From Prochlorococcus sp. AG-315-B03 (lineage in GTDB: Bacteria > Cyanobacteriota > Cyanobacteriia > PCC-6307 > Cyanobiaceae), in the NCBI GenBank assembly GCA_003283745.1, contig QBWA01000001.1, positions 3,605 through 67,604 of the forward strand: a stretch of 64,000 nucleotides of DNA, written 5' to 3'. The notes beneath the pieces were generated by a model. It was not told the DNA's origin. It saw only the letters and a program-made list of their open reading frames with translations, and did no database searches. The translations under genes were made by a program, and so were the position numbers. This document shows positions 60,847-64,000 of this stretch, in pieces. The stretch's first letter is position 1. Every line of letters begins with the position of its first letter.

Positions 60847-61611
60847 ATGAAGAATAATAATGAATCTAAAGGAACTGGAAGTATTGCCTATTATCTTAAA
60901 TTAAATCACTCTAATAAATGGGGTTGGAGATTAAATTGGAAGCCAATTTGTTCTAGCACTGAAACTGATCTATCAAAGTGGATTGCTGATCAACCATTAT
61001 TGCAAAATCAACCAAGAGCACTTTTTGCTTCAAGACAAAGATTTGGGAAAGGGCAATATGGTCGTATCTGGGAATCTCCTAAAGGTGGGGTTTGGGTTAG
61101 TGCTGCAATCCCTCAAGATAGTTCATTTACTAAATCAATTGAACTATATGGATTGGCTATCGCTTTGGCATTAGCTCAAAGAATTGAGATGACTGGGATT
61201 AATGTCAAAATAAAATGGCCAAATGATCTTTTGGTTAATGGTCAGAAACTAGCGGGCTTTTTACCAAAATTATTTTACAGAGGAGGAAGACTTCGGTTGA
61301 TAAGAGTTGGGGTGGGCTTAAACGTTTCAAATAAAGTTCCTAAAACAGGAATTTCCCTAGCTAAGGTTAATGGCCATCAAAACACGAATATTAATTTTTG
61401 GTCAGCAGAGGTTTTATTTGCAATAGAAAATTCTATTGAATTATGTGGAAATGAGAAACTCTTATGCAAAGAGGTTGAACGAAGACTATGGAAAAAAATA
61501 TTTATTGATCCAAAAAATGGATATAAATGGAATATAAAAGGAATCCATTCTTCAGGAGGGTTGAGCCTCTATAGAGGCGGTGAAGAAAAAATATGGTCTC
61601 TAGCTAGATGA
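60847..61611 (+). CDS. birA: Biotin-protein ligase
   Basis: Q..GKGQYGR.W.SP, KWPNDL, GVGLN. Confidence 0.9.
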   Translation: MKNNNESKGTGSIAYYLKLNHSNKWGWRLNWKPICSSTETDLSKWIADQPLLQNQPRALFASRQRFGKGQYGRIWESPKGGVWVSAAIPQDSSFTKSIELYGLAIALALAQRIEMTGINVKIKWPNDLLVNGQKLAGFLPKLFYRGGRLRLIRVGVGLNVSNKVPKTGISLAKVNGHQNTNINFWSAEVLFAIENSIELCGNEKLLCKEVERRLWKKIFIDPKNGYKWNIKGIHSSGGLSLYRGGEEKIWSLAR

Positions 61612-61621
61612 ATTTATTATA

Positions 61622-62344
61622 TTAATTATGTGAGATTTTGATTACTTTGCCATCTTTAAATCTGGCGATTTTTTTAGCACGATCTGCAACATTATCTTCA
61701 TGAGTTACAAGCACTATTGTGATTCCTTGTTCATGCAGTTGATCAAAAAGATTTAGAACATCCTCAGTTGTTGTTGAGTCAAGTGCCCCAGTAGGTTCAT
61801 CTGCTAATAAAAGAGAGGGTTTGTTGATAATTGCTCTTGCTATGGCAACACGTTGCTGTTGCCCCCCAGAAAGTTGATTAGGCATGTTTTTCATTCGGTT
61901 TTTCAGTCCAACGCGCTCCAAAGCATTCTCAGCACGTTCCTTTCTTTCCAGAGGAGATACACATGCATAAATCATTGGGAGCATAACGTTGTCAAGTGCC
62001 GAAACTTCTTGAAGAAGATGAAACTGCTGAAAAACAAAACCAAGTTCTTTATTTCTGATATCTGCAAGTAAGTCATCATCGAGTTTCTCGACAGGGTTTC
62101 CATTTAATTCATAAGACCCTTCACTTGGGCGATCTAAGCATCCGAGAATATTCATTGCTGTACTTTTACCTGATCCGCTTGCTCCCATTACGGCAAGGTA
62201 ATCACCTTTGTTCACTTTTAAGTTAAGACCATCAAGTGCTTTTACCTCAATGGAACCTTTACCGTAAAACTTACTTACGTTAGATAAATTTGCAACAGTT
62301 TTTAGTGATTGAATTTGATTAGCCAATTGAAGTTTTAGTTGCAA
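61622..62344 (-). CDS. ABC transporter ATP-binding protein (LolD/MacB-like)
   Basis: [25 protein letters not shown]. Confidence 0.92.
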   Translation of the reverse strand: MQLKLQLANQIQSLKTVANLSNVSKFYGKGSIEVKALDGLNLKVNKGDYLAVMGASGSGKSTAMNILGCLDRPSEGSYELNGNPVEKLDDDLLADIRNKELGFVFQQFHLLQEVSALDNVMLPMIYACVSPLERKERAENALERVGLKNRMKNMPNQLSGGQQQRVAIARAIINKPSLLLADEPTGALDSTTTEDVLNLFDQLHEQGITIVLVTHEDNVADRAKKIARFKDGKVIKISHN

Positions 62345-63881
62345 GAGTAATCGCTTCTTGAAGTAATGGCGTGCCGCTTACAGCACTATTGGCCAAATTG
62401 AATAGTGGATTTGAGATTATTCCACCAATGGCTGTTACTAGAACACATCCAATTAAAGCTATTCTTAATGATGTCATTCCTGAATCTGACCATTGTATTA
62501 AAGGATAAGATTTAACAACTTTGGAAGCTTCTTTTGGCTCAGTTACAACCATCATTTTAATAACAGAGATGTAGTAATAAATAGATATAACAGAAGTAAT
62601 TAATCCAACAGTTACTAATAAATATTGTTCATCTGCCCATCCTGCAAAGAAAAGATAAATCTTACCAAAAAAGCCAAGCATAGGAGGTATACCTCCCAAT
62701 GAAAGAAGGCATAAACTCAATCCTAATGTGATCAAAGGATCTTTTTGGTAAAGCCCTGCATAGTCTGCAATCTGATCACTACCAGTCCTAATAGAAAATA
62801 GAATTATGCATGCAAAAGCTCCAAGATTCATAAATAAATAAGCAGCCATATAGAGAACCATTGCAGCAAAGCCATCTTCCGTTCCGCAAACCAAACCAAT
62901 CATTACAAATCCTGCTTGTCCAATGGAGCTATAAGCAAGCATTCTTTTCATGGATTTCTGAGCAAGTGCAACTACATTGCCAAGTGTCATGCTGAGAACT
63001 GCGAGAACAGTAAAAAGTATTTTCCATTGATTATCAAAAGCACTAAAACACCCAACTAATATTCTGACTGCGAGAGCAAAACCTGCGGTTTTCGACCCTA
63101 CTGATAGAAATGCAACTACGGGAGTTGGAGAACCTTCGTAAACATCTGGTGTCCATTGATGAAATGGTACAGCGGCAATTTTGAAAGCAACTGTAGATAA
63201 CACAAATACAAGAGCTAATGCAGAGAGAGGAGTAGGAGCACTAATTAAATTTAATCCTATTTCCTTGAGACTTGTTGAACCGCTAATCCCATAAAGAAGA
63301 GAGGCTCCATAGAGAAATACTGCAGCAGCAGCTGAGCCTACTAATAAATATTTTAAGGCTGCTTCCGAGCTCCTAGCATCTCTTTTTAAATAACCAGAGA
63401 GCAAGTAGCTCGCTACTGAGAGGGTTTCTAATGAAACAAAAACACTAACTAAATCAGTCGAACCACATAAAAGCATTGCACCCAAAGTTGCAGCTAATAA
63501 AATCGCAGCAAATTCGCCAATTGGACTACCATTTTGTTCTGCATATCTCCAACTTATAAGTAATGAAATTAGTGTTGATAAAGCAATTACTCCTCTAAAG
63601 GCAATAGCAAGATTATCTGCAACAAATGCTCCTAGGAAAGATTCTTGTATCTCGCCATTCCATTGCATGGAAAGTAAAATCAAGGATGTTCCAAGCCCTA
63701 CATAACAAATAGGAGGAGACCATCGTGCTGAAGTCTTTTCCCCTGCTAGATCAACTAACAATGTAGCGAGCATTGCTATAAGGACTGCACACTCTGGCAA
63801 AACAGCCTTAGCATTCAACGAAAGATTTAAAAGCTCTACTGGAGCATTTATGAATAAAATAGAAGAAAAAAGTTCGCCCAT
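62319..63881 (-). CDS. ndhB: NAD(P)H-quinone oxidoreductase subunit 2
   Basis: [35 protein letters not shown]. Confidence 0.96.
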   Translation of the reverse strand: MGELFSSILFINAPVELLNLSLNAKAVLPECAVLIAMLATLLVDLAGEKTSARWSPPICYVGLGTSLILLSMQWNGEIQESFLGAFVADNLAIAFRGVIALSTLISLLISWRYAEQNGSPIGEFAAILLAATLGAMLLCGSTDLVSVFVSLETLSVASYLLSGYLKRDARSSEAALKYLLVGSAAAAVFLYGASLLYGISGSTSLKEIGLNLISAPTPLSALALVFVLSTVAFKIAAVPFHQWTPDVYEGSPTPVVAFLSVGSKTAGFALAVRILVGCFSAFDNQWKILFTVLAVLSMTLGNVVALAQKSMKRMLAYSSIGQAGFVMIGLVCGTEDGFAAMVLYMAAYLFMNLGAFACIILFSIRTGSDQIADYAGLYQKDPLITLGLSLCLLSLGGIPPMLGFFGKIYLFFAGWADEQYLLVTVGLITSVISIYYYISVIKMMVVTEPKEASKVVKSYPLIQWSDSGMTSLRIALIGCVLVTAIGGIISNPLFNLANSAVSGTPLLQEAITLATKTSIG

Positions 63882-64000
63882 CTCTAGAATGTATTTAAGC
63901 AGTAGCTGCTTTTATGACTCTAGCGAGGTTATTAAATATGCCTTTTTTTATAATTATGTACTATGCATGATGCTCATTGGTGCGGTAGACAAGAAAGAGG

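Overview
AT-rich marine picocyanobacterial DNA. Gene order and protein sequences point to Prochlorococcus, probably a low-light strain (inference). Positions 1 to about 15,030 are the right end of a genomic island abutting the 3' end of a tRNA-Tyr/tRNA-Thr(GGT) pair. It carries a DnaB C-terminal-only paralog, a tandem array of Zn-ribbon membrane proteins including a Ycf66 chimera, a TPR plus PD-(D/E)XK nuclease pair, three secreted LPP20-like proteins bracketed by degenerate direct repeats, a serine resolvase with a res-like site, phage-like small ORFs, a lone primase-type Zn domain, a secreted Cys/Gly repeat peptide and triplicated arm-type repeats. The most notable signal is a pair of adjacent, mutually complementary sRNA genes absent from the ORF track: a Yfr2-type RNA and an ACUCCUCACAC (Yfr1/Yfr10-type) RNA. 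The second matches the ribosome-binding region of the NtcA-promoter porin gene at 52.3-53.3 kb in this same window. From 15.3 kb on the window is mostly core genome (aroQ to ndhB), with small-ORF islets at about 36.5-39.8 kb and 44.1-46.4 kb. All calls are from motif recognition by eye; no database searches were run.
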